Assembly: GCA_045614025.1 (NCBI GenBank)
Contig: JAZLCE010000017.1
Coordinates: forward strand, 3,875 to 67,874
Reading direction: 5' to 3'
From: Alphaproteobacteria bacterium
GTDB taxonomy: Bacteria; Pseudomonadota; Alphaproteobacteria; CAAHEQ01; UBA3637
DNA length: 64,000 nt
The notes beneath the pieces were generated by a model. That model was not told the origin of the DNA. It was given only the letters and a program-made list of their open reading frames with translations, and made no database searches. Of the stretch, positions 9,901-19,322 are shown in pieces; position 1 is the first letter of the stretch; each line of letters starts with the position of its first letter. The position numbers and the translations under genes were made by a program.

Positions 9901-10757
9901 GAAATGCCACTATCTAATATACCAATTTGATTATTTCCAAATTCAAAATTAACGGTCTTTTCATTCTGTATATCTTGTCCATTTTGTAATGTGTTATTAC
10001 GAATAGATGAGTTATCACTAAAAAGAAAAGAACCTTTAAAATTTATTGTTCCTGAATTATAAAAGCCGCCTCCTAATGCATAAGATCTTGTTGCATGAAC
10101 TTTATTCCCAATAACTATAGTATTTGAATTTTCTTCAAATGTTACAGTTTCTCTATAATTACTAAGAGCTCCACCAGAACCATATTCAGCGCCAGCTATA
10201 TTGTTTGCAAATATATTGATTGAGTTTTCAGCAAAAGTAATTATTCCATCATTGCTCTCAATTGCGCCACTGTCTGTTGACCGATTGTTTGTAAATATAG
10301 ATGTTCCTTTAAATTGAAGAGTGGCCTTATTTCCTTTATTTCTAATGGCGCCCCCCATGGCTTCTTCTGAATTTAAGATATTGCCAATAAATTTTACACC
10401 TCCATTAAACTCAACTTGGCCATAATTCATAATAGCGCCCCCAGATTCAAAGGCGGAATTATTTTTAAAAATAGCTAAATCATTAAATTTGATAATTCCA
10501 GTTGCATTATTTTTAATGGCACCACCATCTTGATTCCCAGCAGTTAAATTTTCAAATGTAACAACTTGATTATATTCTTTTTCACCCGTATTTTCTAATC
10601 TGGATTCTCCAGCCATAGAAAAGGAAGAAAAAGTTAGAGAAACAGATATCACCAAATTCAAAAGGAAGCATTTTTTTAGGATGTTGAGATATCGTTTTTT
10701 TAATTCACGTAATGTGGTTTTTGAATAATGTGACATGATGTCCCCCTCTAATGCCAT
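6927..10757 (-). CDS. Pmp-repeat autotransporter (1276 aa), complete
   Basis: N-terminal signal/TM, multiple GGAI..N / FxxN repeats, and a C-terminal beta-barrel ending ..KLELRF. Alternative start at 10736 (MSHYSK) has the better SD (GAGGGGGA). Confidence 0.85.
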   Translation of the reverse strand: MALEGDIMSHYSKTTLRELKKRYLNILKKCFLLNLVISVSLTFSSFSMAGESRLENTGEKEYNQVVTFENLTAGNQDGGAIKNNATGIIKFNDLAIFKNNSAFESGGAIMNYGQVEFNGGVKFIGNILNSEEAMGGAIRNKGNKATLQFKGTSIFTNNRSTDSGAIESNDGIITFAENSINIFANNIAGAEYGSGGALSNYRETVTFEENSNTIVIGNKVHATRSYALGGGFYNSGTINFKGSFLFSDNSSIRNNTLQNGQDIQNEKTVNFEFGNNQIGILDSGISQSRGTINKTGSGVLIIGDKTINSYANTSYFNQNNGLTIAPVDKLNFAKINTITGGELRVHGDNLQNLKVSVSGSAQLSYLTTDTTEQLLEFSSDLTFDGSTLLLGAYTPDEKQKELAFVSDIKIPLFDADGNVSFDTNGNILYGTYDAKNKLLTSDTIERATFNLKTDVANTDGINKVIFKDSLIKLEQNTYAGAYEIDSSNIIDLKNSKIDNISFSNLQGNGAKLGIDIDFMKESDGSISLKADKLTLNGSNYEFSEIDFNLSHSDLLNTYVDNLVLDQNGSFSPKISYTTSILNGNATFKNTSTNLLTATSPYTYKVTTLGKNLIFEANKLSDDITPLEYLISYGGNSSLKMAKNGTIATYSIDKMKTFEPLSSGNKLILGISNNAKNSVINANENDLFILNKEDTNLTIKDLSILGAQKVIDNQLGHVTLQNVIISETTADTAITNNADITLKNITVDKNILNTGTIIGEGNISLSSLTGNGNLFFNNVTLDISDKISGTNNVVSNNMNITGNAKKINFNNLDIQNGSLLDISNKNVFVNKIKFGEDSTLRVALNSLEDYGTLSYDDIEGDENSKLSLKFTNGIKENGAVYKIFNSDNELILIENPLLDIIDMQDGSYSVSKKAAALLEEDLGLLNTEVNIVIALLNKSDDTTNKDFVNIQENLLNLLQSDDKRVFLNAKKALNALEGVDRSIYQSQITNLFNQLHIISSQMASNNISSKVGRSGGEETPRAKVYIKGLYDKTKSTMGDGFKARSQGGVLGVQSKVTDALTLGVGYATSQTTAKEELRRTEVDTNTGFISAHYQPDAWWMSGLATFSRGQYDEEKQVLSNVGTANYDVDSWGVQVMTGYDIKLQNAIITPEVGMRYLSVKQEGYTDTLGTTVEATTSDYLTAIAGIKTAWDLGKIRPSVGINVGYDVISDDVSALNTLANGASYTVNSEALDRLSVGISTGIETKLNDRTTLKLEYNGAFRKEYVDHSGMIKLELRF

Positions 10758-10770
10758 TCCCCCTTTTGTT

Positions 10771-10798
10771 AATTGTTAAAGTTTGAAGTTTAACAATT
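10771..10798. promoter_or_regulatory. Perfect 10-bp inverted repeat (candidate operator) upstream of the autotransporter
   Basis: AATTGTTAAA-N8-TTTAACAATT, 14 nt upstream of the 10757 ATG. Confidence 0.35.
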
Positions 10799-10964
10799 GT
10801 TAGATAATCTCGCTTTTTTATATTATATATATTTATTATATCATATGTTTTAAATTTTGTCTTTAAAAAATTAAAAAACATCTTATTTATTGATTTTTAA
10901 TAATTATTCTTGAATTTCATATTTCATCTTTTTATAATGCAATTATATTTTGAAAGGTGAAATT

Positions 10965-12368
10965 ATGAGTATTTTTTTATTGTCTTGCTTATTGCTTGTT
11001 TTGGGATATATTTTTTATGGCGCTTTTGTTGAAAAAGTGTTTGGGGCAGATTTTAATAAAAAAACGCCAGCTGTTAAATATAATGATGGTGTGGATTATG
11101 TTGTTTTACCGCCTTATAAAATTTTCTTAATTCAATTTTTGAATATTGCTGGACTAGGTCCTGTTTTTGGAGCATTAATGGGGATTATATATGGTCCGGT
11201 TGCCTTGCTTTGGATTGTGTTTGGTTGCATTTTTGCTGGGGCTGTTCATGATTATTTAAGTGGGATGATTTCATTAAGATATAAAGGTAATTCTCTTGTT
11301 TTTTTAATTGAAAAATTCTTTGGAAAGAAATTTAAATTTTTATTTATGCTTTTTTTAGGTTTCTTTTTAATTTTAGTTGGGGCTGTTTTTGCAATGAATC
11401 CAGCCTCAATGTTGGCAGATGTATTTCAAACGGATTTTGTTTATTTAATTGTTTTAATTTTTGGATATTATTTTTTAGCAACGCTTTTACCAATTGATAA
11501 AATTATTGGAAGATTTTATCCTTTATTTGCTTTGTTGCTTATCGGAGTAACCGTTAGCTTAATATATTCACTTTTTGCTTCTGATTTGATTTTTTATCCT
11601 GATTTATCTCTTTCAACACAACACCCTGAAGGAAAAAGCTTTTTCCCAATTATGTTTGTGACCATTGCATGTGGAGCAATTAGTGGATTTCATGCAACAC
11701 AATCTCCCATGATGGCAAAATGTATTCAAAATGAAAAATTTGGTCGACCCATTTTTTATGGAGCAATGATAACGGAAGGTTTTGTTGCGTTGGTTTGGGC
11801 AACACTTGGCATTGCTTTTTATCAAAACACAGAAGCATTATCAAATGTTTTATCAACAGTTGGTCCTGGTGGTGCTATTAAAGAAATTGCAAATTCTTTA
11901 TTAGGAAAGTTTGGCGGCGTGTTAGCTTTAATTAGTGTTGTTGTTTTATCTATCACATCTGGAGATACGGCTTTTCGCTCAGCCAGGCTTATTTTTTCAG
12001 AATGTTTTAACATATCACAAAAAAAGTTTAAGAAGAGATTATTTGTATCTATATTAGTTTTATGTTTGGGAGTTATACTTTCTTTTTGGGATTTAACATT
12101 TATATGGACCTATTTTGGCTGGGCAAATCAAATTTTGGCAACAGTATCTCTATTTGTTGCAGCTATTTATTTAAGAGAAAAAAAGAAAAATTATTGGATA
12201 GCTCTTATTCCAGCCCTTTTTATGTTAATCATATGCTGTTGTTATATTTTAAATCAGAAAATAGGATTTAATTTAAATTTGATGGTTTCAAGTATTTTTT
12301 CAATTGTAATTGCAGTTTGTGTTTTGATTATGTTTTTTAAATCAAAAAATCAAATAAAAAAATCATAA
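10965..12368 (+). CDS. cstA: Carbon starvation CstA family transporter (short form)
   Basis: Polytopic membrane protein with CstA-like motifs (LNIAGLGPVFGALMG, ISGFHATQSPMMAK). ATG at 10965 follows AAGGTGA. The track start is a TTG. Confidence 0.7.
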   Translation: MSIFLLSCLLLVLGYIFYGAFVEKVFGADFNKKTPAVKYNDGVDYVVLPPYKIFLIQFLNIAGLGPVFGALMGIIYGPVALLWIVFGCIFAGAVHDYLSGMISLRYKGNSLVFLIEKFFGKKFKFLFMLFLGFFLILVGAVFAMNPASMLADVFQTDFVYLIVLIFGYYFLATLLPIDKIIGRFYPLFALLLIGVTVSLIYSLFASDLIFYPDLSLSTQHPEGKSFFPIMFVTIACGAISGFHATQSPMMAKCIQNEKFGRPIFYGAMITEGFVALVWATLGIAFYQNTEALSNVLSTVGPGGAIKEIANSLLGKFGGVLALISVVVLSITSGDTAFRSARLIFSECFNISQKKFKKRLFVSILVLCLGVILSFWDLTFIWTYFGWANQILATVSLFVAAIYLREKKKNYWIALIPALFMLIICCCYILNQKIGFNLNLMVSSIFSIVIAVCVLIMFFKSKNQIKKS

Positions 12369-12425
12369 AATTTCTTCTTGCAGGGCAAAAATTTTTATGT
12401 TATCGTCAAAAAAAAGAAGGTGGAC

Positions 12426-13193
12426 ATGAACGAAAAAAAAGAGACTCAAAAAGAAAAATTGCCCTCAATGGCAGCAATGAACAAGTATGCAAAAGAATCA
12501 ATTAAGAAATTGATTTCATTACAGAATACTGACAAGAAGAATGTTAATGGCTCACGCTTAGCCATGCAAAAAAAGATTATGTCACGCTTGGAAAAAGAAG
12601 CTTCAAAAGGAAGCGCAGTTATGGGTCTTGCCGTGATGAAGGGAATGGTTGTTACGGGTATAGATTTTAGCCGTTTTTTTGATTACACAACGCCATATTC
12701 TGACAATCGTGGATTTGATAAAGTAGAAGAGTTTGCGGTATTTGAAAATCTTGTTCCTTTAATGATGCAATATAACACCATTCAAAAGGCCGATACCGTG
12801 ATGCAATTTATTCGTATTTTACCTGATTTGAATGAATTGCCTTTTTCGCCAGAATTATATGATGTTTTAAATGAGTCTGTTGAAGGGAAAAAAAGTTTTC
12901 AAGAAACGTTATTTGATAGATGGGCGCAAGAATATCGTTTGGCAGATTCAGAAGTGAAACCTGTTTATTTAACTATTTTGAAACGGGCAGTAATGAAAGG
13001 ATATTCTGGTGCTGCGCTTGCTTATGCAGATACACTTCAAAAAGAAGAAAAAATAAGTTCAGCAACAGTATTTAAAATTTTAAAATCTGTTCAAAAAAAC
13101 AGATTTTCATCTGATGCTGATCGAACGATAGCTCATAAAAAACTTTCAAGGCATTTATCCTTGAAATCAAATCAATATTCTTTAGTTCATTGA
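12426..13193 (+). CDS. Hypothetical protein
   Basis: Open frame with AAGGTGG SD before MNEKKETQ. No motif recognised. Confidence 0.5.
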   Translation: MNEKKETQKEKLPSMAAMNKYAKESIKKLISLQNTDKKNVNGSRLAMQKKIMSRLEKEASKGSAVMGLAVMKGMVVTGIDFSRFFDYTTPYSDNRGFDKVEEFAVFENLVPLMMQYNTIQKADTVMQFIRILPDLNELPFSPELYDVLNESVEGKKSFQETLFDRWAQEYRLADSEVKPVYLTILKRAVMKGYSGAALAYADTLQKEEKISSATVFKILKSVQKNRFSSDADRTIAHKKLSRHLSLKSNQYSLVH

Positions 13194-13300
13194 ATGATAA
13201 CTTGTTGACATAAAAGGATATTATTTTTCTTCTTTGACTTGAAAGACGAAAAAATAAGGCTTACTTAAAAAGTGGATTTTAAACTTTTTTTGGAGGCTTT

Positions 13301-13834
13301 ATGGATCAAAATATTTGTTCAAATAAAATTTGGTTACTGATTATTTCACTTTTACTGATTGTGAGTGGTATTTACGTCTTTTTTAACCCATTTAGTGCGT
13401 TATTAACCTCTGCACTTTTTGTTGGAATTATTCTCATTATTATAGGGAGTGGTTATATTTTATCTTTTGCACAAGGAGATTCTTATGCCATTTTGGCCTT
13501 AGGTGTTTTAGATATTTTTGTTGGTATTTTATTTTTAACGAATTTAAGTTTATCAGCTCTAACTTTACCTGTGATTTTAGCTTTTTGGATTATGGCAAAC
13601 AGTGTTGTTCAATTGGCAATGAGTTTTGAATTAAAAAATGACCCAGGTTTTCCAACAAAGCCATGGGTTGTTGGAAGTTGTTTAGGTCTTGTTTTATCAA
13701 TTTTAATTTTTACATATCCTGTAATTGGAACTTTAGCAATTACTATTTTAGTTGGATTTTATTTAATCGGGTATGGATTATTTGAACTTCATCGTTTTAT
13801 TAAATGTTCTAAAAAATCAGTTATAAAGGAATAA
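13301..13834 (+). CDS. HdeD/DUF308 family membrane protein
   Basis: 177 aa with six hydrophobic segments and a repeated G-rich short-repeat pattern typical of DUF308. Confidence 0.6.
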   Translation: MDQNICSNKIWLLIISLLLIVSGIYVFFNPFSALLTSALFVGIILIIIGSGYILSFAQGDSYAILALGVLDIFVGILFLTNLSLSALTLPVILAFWIMANSVVQLAMSFELKNDPGFPTKPWVVGSCLGLVLSILIFTYPVIGTLAITILVGFYLIGYGLFELHRFIKCSKKSVIKE

Positions 13835-13837
13835 GTT

Positions 13838-14326
13838 ATGTCATACTTAAAAACAAAAAAAAGAAAATCGCTATTGCAGTTTTCAGACTCTCAAAAAGAA
13901 GCAAGTTTTCAAACGCTTAATAAATATCTTGTTGATTTTTCAAATCTTTCTTTGGTTACAAAGCAAGCGCATTGGAATTTGCAAGGAAAAAATTTTATTA
14001 GTGTTCATGAAATGTTAGATGATTTTTATGAGATGTTTCAAAAGTATGTGGATATTTTTGCAGAAAGATTAATTCAAATTAATTTTCCAGCTATTGCCAC
14101 TGCTGAACATTTGGCAAGAAATTCTTCATTTCAAGAATATCCTTCAGAAATTTCATCTTCTGAAGAACATTTATATTCTCTTTTAGAACGATATAGCCAA
14201 ACAGCAAACTCATTAAGATCTGATATTGATAAAGCACAAGCAGATGCTGCAACAATTGATTATTATACTCAGGCAGTTGAAGAACTTGATAAAGCTGTTT
14301 GGTTTATTGAGGCACACTTAAATTAA
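13838..14326 (+). CDS. dps: Dps (DNA starvation/stationary-phase protection, ferritin-like)
   Basis: QAHWNLQGKNFISVHEMLDDFY ferroxidase-site region. 162 aa. Confidence 0.85.
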   Translation: MSYLKTKKRKSLLQFSDSQKEASFQTLNKYLVDFSNLSLVTKQAHWNLQGKNFISVHEMLDDFYEMFQKYVDIFAERLIQINFPAIATAEHLARNSSFQEYPSEISSSEEHLYSLLERYSQTANSLRSDIDKAQADAATIDYYTQAVEELDKAVWFIEAHLN

Positions 14327-14332
14327 TTATCA

Positions 14333-14363
14333 AAAAAAAGCGAGGATCTTCCTCGCTTTTTTA
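14333..14363. terminator. Bidirectional intrinsic terminator
   Basis: A8-GCGAGGA-TCT-TCCTCGC-T6. Confidence 0.8.
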
Positions 14364-14375
14364 CTTATATTCATG

Positions 14376-15077
14376 TTAAATTTGATATTTAAATATCTCA
14401 TATAAGATTACACCTAGATTAAAAAACGAATTAATAAGAAATAAACTTAGCAACAACGTTATAGCTATTGCAATTTTTGATGCTGGTTCAGGTTTTTTGC
14501 CAAATTTATTCTCTTGTTGTTGGCCGGGGAGTACTCCAATTATAAAGTAGGCAAAAACAAAAATAATGTATGAAACAGTGCAAATTGGATTAATCAAAGC
14601 TAATGGATTTAATAATCCAAAAACAAAAAGGAAAATAAGAATGCTTAATGGGGTAGGGCATCCTAAATCATGAAATCTTCTGATTGTTAAAGTGAAAAGA
14701 GCAAATAAAACAATTAAAGATAAGCAGATGCAGATATAATTAATCCATGATACTTCAAATACAGGATTTAATAAAAAGAGAAGGGGTAAGCTTAAACTCC
14801 AAAAAGAAAAAAATTCAGATCGGTTAGCTCTTCCATTTATTGAAAAAAATTTTTTCCAACCTTCAAAATAAATTTGAAAAATATTTCTTGTTTTTTTTGT
14901 TGATATATTTTCTGATTCTTTAAAATCAGTTTCTTTAATAACTAGTTGTTCGGATATAGGCTCTTTAGATATTTTTTGATCAATTACTCTTGACTTTTTT
15001 GTTGTTTTCTTTTTAGACGTGGTTGTTGATTTTTTTTTCTTTTGAGTTGATTTAATTTCTTTTGATGGTTTAGTCAT
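14376..15077 (-). CDS. DUF805 family inner-membrane protein with Lys-rich N-terminal extension
   Basis: GRANRSEFF...TIRRFHDLG motif plus 4-5 TM segments. Confidence 0.65.
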   Translation of the reverse strand: MTKPSKEIKSTQKKKKSTTTSKKKTTKKSRVIDQKISKEPISEQLVIKETDFKESENISTKKTRNIFQIYFEGWKKFFSINGRANRSEFFSFWSLSLPLLFLLNPVFEVSWINYICICLSLIVLFALFTLTIRRFHDLGCPTPLSILIFLFVFGLLNPLALINPICTVSYIIFVFAYFIIGVLPGQQQENKFGKKPEPASKIAIAITLLLSLFLINSFFNLGVILYEIFKYQI

Positions 15078-15138
15078 TTAAGCCCCCATTTGTGTTATAT
15101 TTTTAATATAAAGAATGTTTGTTAAAATAACAAGAGAT

Positions 15139-15172
15139 AAAAAAAGCGGATTCAAATTCGAATCCGCTTTTT
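15139..15172 (-). terminator. Intrinsic terminator after leuA
   Basis: GCGGATTC-loop-GAATCCGC flanked by A/T runs. Confidence 0.7.
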
Positions 15173-15190
15173 TGCATATGGCGATTAAAA

Positions 15191-16735
15191 TTAGTTTCTT
15201 TCAAGTAAATTTAATCCGTTAAAAATCGCTTTAATGCTTGCTTTTGTTGTTGAGCGATCAATTGCTCTTGCAATAACAGATTTAGATTGATTTGAAATGG
15301 TTATTGTTGCTAATGCATCAGAGGCAGCTTTATCTTCTGGTGTCATCATTTGTTGCTCATATTTTGCCACTTCAATTGCCACGCCTAATGCCAAAAATGC
15401 ATTAATACAAGCATTAATAGGACCATTCCCTTCGCCGGTTTTTTCAAAGATTTCGTCTTCTTTTTTATAAGAAAGTAAAAATTTTCCATCTTTAATTCTA
15501 TCAAAAGAAGAAAGCTGATAAGGCCCTTTAATATCGCAAAGATGTGTACGATAAAGTTTATCTAAATCTTTTGGTTTTAATTCACTTCTTTTTTCTTCAG
15601 CCATTTTTTTTGCGAAGGGCATTAAATATTCTGCTTCTTGAAGAGTGATTGGATAACCTAAATTTTGGAAGTTAGAAAAAAGAGCTGATTTGCCAGATTG
15701 GCTTGTGAATCCAATATGTTCACCATCATATCTTCCAATGAGTTTTGGATCAAAAGCAATATATTGACCTTTTTTTAATCCTTTGGTTTTGTTAGATCCA
15801 TCTTGATGAATTCCACTACGATGAGCCAATACATCAGAACCAATAACAGGGGCTTTTTCATAAATTTTAATGCCAGACATTTCGCTAACAAGCAAAGAAG
15901 TTTCTTGAATTTTTTCCATTTTAAGTGGTATGTTTACATTTTTATTATAAAGTGCAACAGCAACTTCTTGCATATTTGTGTTTCCTGCGCGTTCACCAAG
16001 CCCGTTGATTGTTGTTTCAAGTTGGGTTGCTCCTGCAAAATAGCTCATAGCCGTTGTGGCGGTTGCCATGCCAAGATCATTATGGCAATGAACAGAAATA
16101 ATGGCTTTATCCCCAATTCGATTATGAACGGCTTTTACCATGTCAGTAAAATCAGTTGGTAAATATCTTTCAACGGTGTTTGGCAAATTAATAACATCTG
16201 CGCCAGCATCAACAACTTTTTCAATAGCATCTACTACATCTGGTAAATTTTCAATACAATCTCCAAAATGTTCTACTGAAAATTCAACTTCAGCCTGAGG
16301 AAGCAATTCTTTTGCTTTTTTAACGGCTTTGACCGCCATTTTTGTAACGGTTTGAATATCTTTTTTAAGGACATGTTCTAATCCCAAAGGATTCATAGCA
16401 ATAAAAGTATGAATGCGTGGTTTTTTTGCAAATTTAACAGCGCTAACAGCTTTTTCAATGTCTTTTTCATTGGCTCTGGCTAAAACGCTGATAACAGTGT
16501 TTTCTGGTGCACGTTTAGCAAGGGCTTCACAAGCAATAAAATCCATTTCATCTGAAGCCGGAAAGCCAATTTCAATTCCTTGAACACCCAATGCAACCAA
16601 TTTATCAAAGATCACTTCTTTTTCAGTTAAGCTCCATGGATTTTTAAGAGCTTGGTTTCCATCTCTTAAAGTGACATCATAAAAAAATGGTTGGCGGGAA
16701 TTATTTGCGGAATTTGAATTGATATTTGTTTTCAT
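15191..16735 (-). CDS. leuA: 2-isopropylmalate synthase
   Basis: FYDVTLRDGNQAL, HCHNDLGMATA, GLGERAGN motifs and a C-terminal LeuA-type regulatory domain. No other leu genes are adjacent. Confidence 0.85.
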   Translation of the reverse strand: MKTNINSNSANNSRQPFFYDVTLRDGNQALKNPWSLTEKEVIFDKLVALGVQGIEIGFPASDEMDFIACEALAKRAPENTVISVLARANEKDIEKAVSAVKFAKKPRIHTFIAMNPLGLEHVLKKDIQTVTKMAVKAVKKAKELLPQAEVEFSVEHFGDCIENLPDVVDAIEKVVDAGADVINLPNTVERYLPTDFTDMVKAVHNRIGDKAIISVHCHNDLGMATATTAMSYFAGATQLETTINGLGERAGNTNMQEVAVALYNKNVNIPLKMEKIQETSLLVSEMSGIKIYEKAPVIGSDVLAHRSGIHQDGSNKTKGLKKGQYIAFDPKLIGRYDGEHIGFTSQSGKSALFSNFQNLGYPITLQEAEYLMPFAKKMAEEKRSELKPKDLDKLYRTHLCDIKGPYQLSSFDRIKDGKFLLSYKKEDEIFEKTGEGNGPINACINAFLALGVAIEVAKYEQQMMTPEDKAASDALATITISNQSKSVIARAIDRSTTKASIKAIFNGLNLLERN

Positions 16736-16761
16736 GTGAAGTCCTTAATTTTATTTGAAGA

Positions 16762-16790
16762 TAAAAAAAACACCCTCCTAAAAGGGTGTT
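16762..16790 (-). terminator. Leader (attenuator) terminator 27 nt upstream of the leuA ATG
   Basis: Minus-strand RNA: ACACCCT-TTTAGG-AGGGTGT followed by T8, located between the leader ORF and the leuA SD. Confidence 0.7.
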
Positions 16791-16813
16791 TAGAATAAAT
16801 TATTTATATAACA

Positions 16814-16885
16814 CTACCCTCTTAGGAAATGCGATTCATGTCCTAACAATAAGTTTGATAAAAGAAGTAGAGTTACATTTTTCAT
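16814..16885 (-). CDS. Candidate leucine leader peptide (23 aa)
   Basis: Translates as MKNVTLLLLSNLLLGHESHFLRG*, with 8 Leu codons including 4 consecutive. Its stop lies inside AGGGTAGTGT, which can pair with the 5' arm of the terminator. Confidence 0.55.
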   Translation of the reverse strand: MKNVTLLLLSNLLLGHESHFLRG

Positions 16886-16921
16886 ATTTTATGAAATATC
16901 ATTTTTCCTAGTAAATGTCAA

Positions 16922-16956
16922 TAAAAAAATAATCCACCTTTAAAATGGCGGATTAT
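16922..16956 (-). terminator. Intrinsic terminator after parC
   Basis: ATAATCCGCC-loop-GGTGGATTAT (10 bp, one G-U) followed by T7 on the minus strand. Confidence 0.75.
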
Positions 16957-16977
16957 TTTTTGTTTTTTTTATCTTTT

Positions 16978-19203
16978 TTAAGATCCGAATTTGTTGCTCC
17001 TTGGGAACCCAACAGGAGGAATTTTTCCAACAGCAGCCCGTTTTGTTAACCAAAGTGAAATATTTTTCTCGACTCGGATGCCATTTCCTGAAGGGAATGC
17101 TAGGCCATCCTCTAAGTTGAAGAATTTGGCGTCACTTAATTTAGCTTCTTGATAACGTTGTAAAATAACACCGCTACCCCTACTCATCATTGGAATTTCA
17201 TCTGTTGTGAAAACAATCATTTTTCGGTTTGTTCCAATAACGGCAATATGAGTTCCTGCAACTGGTTTGCATAAACAAGCTTTATCATCATCAGCAACAT
17301 TTAAAATGATTTTACCTGCTCTTGTTTGAGCAATAATATCATTAGAGTTCACCAAGAAACCTTTTCCTTTTTCTGTTGCTACTAAAAGTTTTATATCGCT
17401 TTGATAAATAAACATAGTGATAACATCAGCATCTTGAGTGATATCTACCAATAATCTTAATGGTTCACCAAAACCTCTTCCACCAGCAATCATATTTCCT
17501 CGTAAGGTGAAGAATCGACCGTTCGTTGTGAAGAAAATGATGTTATCCGTTGTATATGTTTGGATAAAGCATTTTAAATCATCACCTTCTTTATATTTAA
17601 GGTCGGCAACATCTGTATGTCCTTTAAGAGCTCTGATCCATCCTTTTTTAGAAAGAACAACGGTAATAGGTTCTTTTTCAATCATAGCTTCAATTGGAAC
17701 TTCTACGCTAGTAGCAGCTTCGATGACGGCGGTGCGTCTGCATCCAAGCTCGGTTTTTTGCCCAAATAATGTTTTAATTTCTTTAATTTCAAGCGTTAAT
17801 TTTGCATCACGTAATTCTTTTGATTCAAGTAAAGCTTCTAAACCTTTCTTTTCTTCATCAAGCGCTTTATGTTCATCTTTAATTTGGTTTTCTTCTAATT
17901 TTCTAAGAGATCTTAAGCGCATATTTAAGATAGCTTCAGCTTGAATTTCCGTGAGATTAAACTCCTTCATCATCAGAGTTTTTGGTTCATCTTCATTGCG
18001 GATAATTTCAATGATTCTATCTAAATTTAAGAAAGCAATTAAGAATCCTTTTAGTAATTCCATACGATGAATAATTTTATCAAGTCTATATTTTGATCTT
18101 CTAATTAAAACTTGATCACGATGTTTTAAAAAGGCTTGTAACACTTCTTTTAAATTCATTACTTTAGGCGTATGGTCTGCATCTAACACATTCATATTCA
18201 AGTTGAAATTAACTTGTAAATCAGTGTTTTTATATAAATGCTCCATTAATTGCTCTGGTAAAACAGCTCTAGATTTTGGCTCCAAAATAATGCGAACTTT
18301 ATCAGATGATTCATCACGTATATCAGCCAAAAGAGGCAATTTCTTTTCGCTGAGTAATTTGGCAATTTTCATGATTAAATCTGATTTTTGAACCAAATAA
18401 GGAATTTCGGTTACAACGATTTGATATTGCCCATGAGAAAGATCTTCTTTTTCCCATTTTGCGCGCACTTTCATGGCGCCTTTGCCTTCTTTATAAGCTT
18501 TAATGATATTTGCCCTTGGTTCAGCCAAAATACCCCCAGTTGGGAAATCAGGTCCTTGAACAAATTCCATTAATTTTTCAACCTCGGCTTCTTGATGCTT
18601 AATCAGGTAAATAAGAGCATCGCAAACTTCACCAACATTATGTGGTGGAATATTTGTAGCCATACCAACGGCAATTCCAGAGGAACCATTTGCCAATAAA
18701 TTTGGGAATGCTGCAGGCATTACAACAGGTTCATCTTCTTCCCCGTCATAGGTTTTGTCAAAATCAACTGCATTATCATCTAGGCCATCCATTAATTTAA
18801 CGGCAACGGCTGTGAGTCTTGCCTCTGTGTATCGCATAGCAGCAGCTTTATCGCCATCAATATTGCCGAAGTTTCCTTGTCCATCAACTAAAGGGTAACG
18901 AACGGCAAAATCTTGAGCTAAACGCACCATTGCATCATAAACAGAAGAATCCCCATGAGGGTGATATTTACCGATTACATCACCAACAACGCGCGCGCAT
19001 TTTTTAAATCCAGAGACAGGGTCAAGTTTTAATTGGCGCATTGCAAAGAGAAGTCGGCGATGAACAGGTTTTAACCCATCACGCACATCTGGCAATGATC
19101 TTGCAACAATTGTGGATAACGCATAAGCTAAATATCTTTCGCTTAATGCATCTGCAAGTTTTGCTTCTTTTATATTTTCGTTTATTTCAATATTTTCACT
19201 CAT
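16978..19203 (-). CDS. parC: DNA topoisomerase IV subunit A
   Basis: [13 protein letters not shown], active-site AAMRYTE region. About 740 aa, which fits ParC rather than GyrA. Start moved to MSENIEI. Confidence 0.8.
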   Translation of the reverse strand: MSENIEINENIKEAKLADALSERYLAYALSTIVARSLPDVRDGLKPVHRRLLFAMRQLKLDPVSGFKKCARVVGDVIGKYHPHGDSSVYDAMVRLAQDFAVRYPLVDGQGNFGNIDGDKAAAMRYTEARLTAVAVKLMDGLDDNAVDFDKTYDGEEDEPVVMPAAFPNLLANGSSGIAVGMATNIPPHNVGEVCDALIYLIKHQEAEVEKLMEFVQGPDFPTGGILAEPRANIIKAYKEGKGAMKVRAKWEKEDLSHGQYQIVVTEIPYLVQKSDLIMKIAKLLSEKKLPLLADIRDESSDKVRIILEPKSRAVLPEQLMEHLYKNTDLQVNFNLNMNVLDADHTPKVMNLKEVLQAFLKHRDQVLIRRSKYRLDKIIHRMELLKGFLIAFLNLDRIIEIIRNEDEPKTLMMKEFNLTEIQAEAILNMRLRSLRKLEENQIKDEHKALDEEKKGLEALLESKELRDAKLTLEIKEIKTLFGQKTELGCRRTAVIEAATSVEVPIEAMIEKEPITVVLSKKGWIRALKGHTDVADLKYKEGDDLKCFIQTYTTDNIIFFTTNGRFFTLRGNMIAGGRGFGEPLRLLVDITQDADVITMFIYQSDIKLLVATEKGKGFLVNSNDIIAQTRAGKIILNVADDDKACLCKPVAGTHIAVIGTNRKMIVFTTDEIPMMSRGSGVILQRYQEAKLSDAKFFNLEDGLAFPSGNGIRVEKNISLWLTKRAAVGKIPPVGFPRSNKFGS

Positions 19204-19322
19204 AATATAGGGATTATAGGCATAAAAAAAGAAAAAACGCAAGTGTTTTTTAATCCTTGTAATTTTTTATAAAGTTTGGTAAAGTTATGGGCGAAAGAAA
19301 AATATTTTTTAGAGGAAAGAAA

